This document shows positions 62,401 through 64,000 of a stretch of 64,000 nucleotides of DNA, in pieces. The stretch spans positions 248,001 to 312,000 of the forward strand of contig NIVC01000446.1 in NCBI GenBank assembly GCA_002269645.1, in the 5' to 3' direction. The stretch is from Macrostomum lignano (taxonomy: Eukaryota). A model generated the notes under the pieces. That model was not told the origin of the DNA. It did no database searches and saw only the letters and a program-made list of their open reading frames with translations. The translations under genes and the position numbers were made by a program. Every line of letters starts with the position of its first letter. Positions within the stretch are counted from its first letter, which is position 1.

Positions 62401-64000
62401 TGTAACCGCCCTTGTCGCCTGTCCGCTCCGTAGAGAGACGAACGCATGACTAGAGGGGGCAATGACCGTAGGCTGCCTATGACCGGGCAATGACCTGACG
62501 GACCTCCAGCACCAGACTGTCCCGCCCACATGATTAGTAGCTTTGGTAGCGCTTCGTGACCAGAGGGCCAAGGACCCACATGGACCCCACCTGTAGCCAA
62601 GGTGCAATAGTTGGTCACTCGGTCATAGTATGACCGAGTGGCTGCCACCACTCTATGTGACCTGGCGCACCTGGATCTTTCTACCAGACCTCTCGAGGCT
62701 AGAGCCCCGCCTGGATTGGTTACCAGGGGATTTAGGCTAACAGGGGAGACGCATGCAGCCGAGTACAGGGACTCTGCTTGGGGCATGATCGGGAACTCTG
62801 GGCTCAATCCTGGAGGATTTCTCAGCAGGGGATCCTTTGTGGCTGTGAGCGAGGCTGACTTGCGACTTCGATTACTAAGAGTAGTATGAGGCGAACATGT
62901 ACTGTCTACAGTTTAGATTGCTCAGGGCGAAGGGACGCGTTAGCATGGGGTTGCAACCTTCCTACTGCCATGCTGTGCCAAGACTCGCTAATCCCTCTAC
63001 TGCACGCACACGCGGCCCCGCAGCACGCACTCACAGGCGGGCTTTGCACGGGGAGAGGCCATTAGCTTACCCAAACTTCCTTATGCTTTGCCACCCCGGG
63101 AGAAAGGCTTAGCAAGCCATGAGTGAAATGATGGTGAAAGATTGAATAATGATGAAGTTAGTTAATAGTTAATAATTAGGCCCTTAGGCAAATAAGCAGG
63201 CAATTAGGCAGCTTCACTATTGAGTCAAATACAGCAAAAGATACGGTATCACAATTGGCTCAGCTCTCTAATCAGACAATGGAAAATAGGCAAACCCCGG
63301 ATAAGCAAAGGCAATTAGAGCACAAATTAGTAGCAGGAACTTACCGGCAGCTGCACAGAGAGAGAGAGAGGCGGAGTGACCGAGGGCGGCTGTAGGCTGC
63401 AGTCAGGCAGACGGTGAAGCGGCGATGCGCTGGAGCGACGAGGCGCTGATGTAGATCAGGCGATGCTGATGATGCTGGGCGGTATCAGACCGCTGGCCGA
63501 TAGGCGAGCTCACTTGGGGAGCTAAGGATAACTTGGCGGTAACAGACCGCGGACCGGCAGGGATTCGTCTTATAGACGAATGGGTCAGAACTCAATCTGA
63601 CAGCAAGTCCAAAGAAGGACGAGGAGAGGAACAGAGATAAACTCAGTTGAGTATTCTCATGCCGAAATCGCTTCCTTTTATAGACCTCACAGCCGCCTCC
63701 TCAAGGTCGTTACCATGGCTCCCTCTCTCTGATTGGCTGCCGGCAGAATGACGTCAGAATGAGTCATGATGAGAAGCATGAGACCGGCATAGCAACATGA
63801 GAAATCGGGAAATTGCGCAATCCGGAGGTGGGGTGGGGGGATAATTGGCGCAGCGGGTGGTCGCGAAAGTGTTGCGCAAGCAAACATTGAGAACAATAGG
63901 GCTGGGGTCGAGAACAAAGGAATTGGAAATCGGGGATAATTGGGGAAAACTGAGAACAATGGAAAAGTAAACATTGGAGAAAAGGTGATAATTAGGTGCG
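62401..64000 (-). mobile_element. Probable long LTR (3' or solo) continuing past the window edge
   Basis: Abrupt AT-to-GC transition at 62400. On the minus strand it ends ...GCGGTTACA, with CCAATCAG and TATAAAAGG motifs and an internal CG|GTAAGT donor. No PBS follows. Confidence 0.5.

Overview
Eukaryotic, repeat-rich genomic window; I infer an invertebrate, probably a flatworm, from the minisatellite-filled introns and trans-splice-like acceptors. The first 28 kb hold six minus-strand genes (in transcription order): CUB/C-type-lectin receptor A, MetAP1, receptor B, receptor C, COA5 and ALG13. Most of their longer introns and spacers contain their own tandem array. The region 31-50 kb is a nested transposon graveyard: foldback/MULE-like, EnSpm-like with a DUF4806-like gene, hAT MITE, tyrosine-recombinase retroelement, Mag-type gypsy, RTE-like LINE, SINEs and LTR-like pieces. 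The most striking locus is 51.6-58.1 kb (minus). It is a predicted ~1,850-aa protein joining an RGG region, cold-shock/OB-like repeats, a ZNFX1-type SF1 RNA helicase, NF-X1 zinc fingers and a C-terminal PARP-type ADP-ribosyltransferase with an intact H-Y-E triad, i.e. a candidate RNA-sensing ADP-ribosylation effector. All exon models and family calls were made by eye from splice signals, reading-frame phase and remembered motifs; no searches were run.
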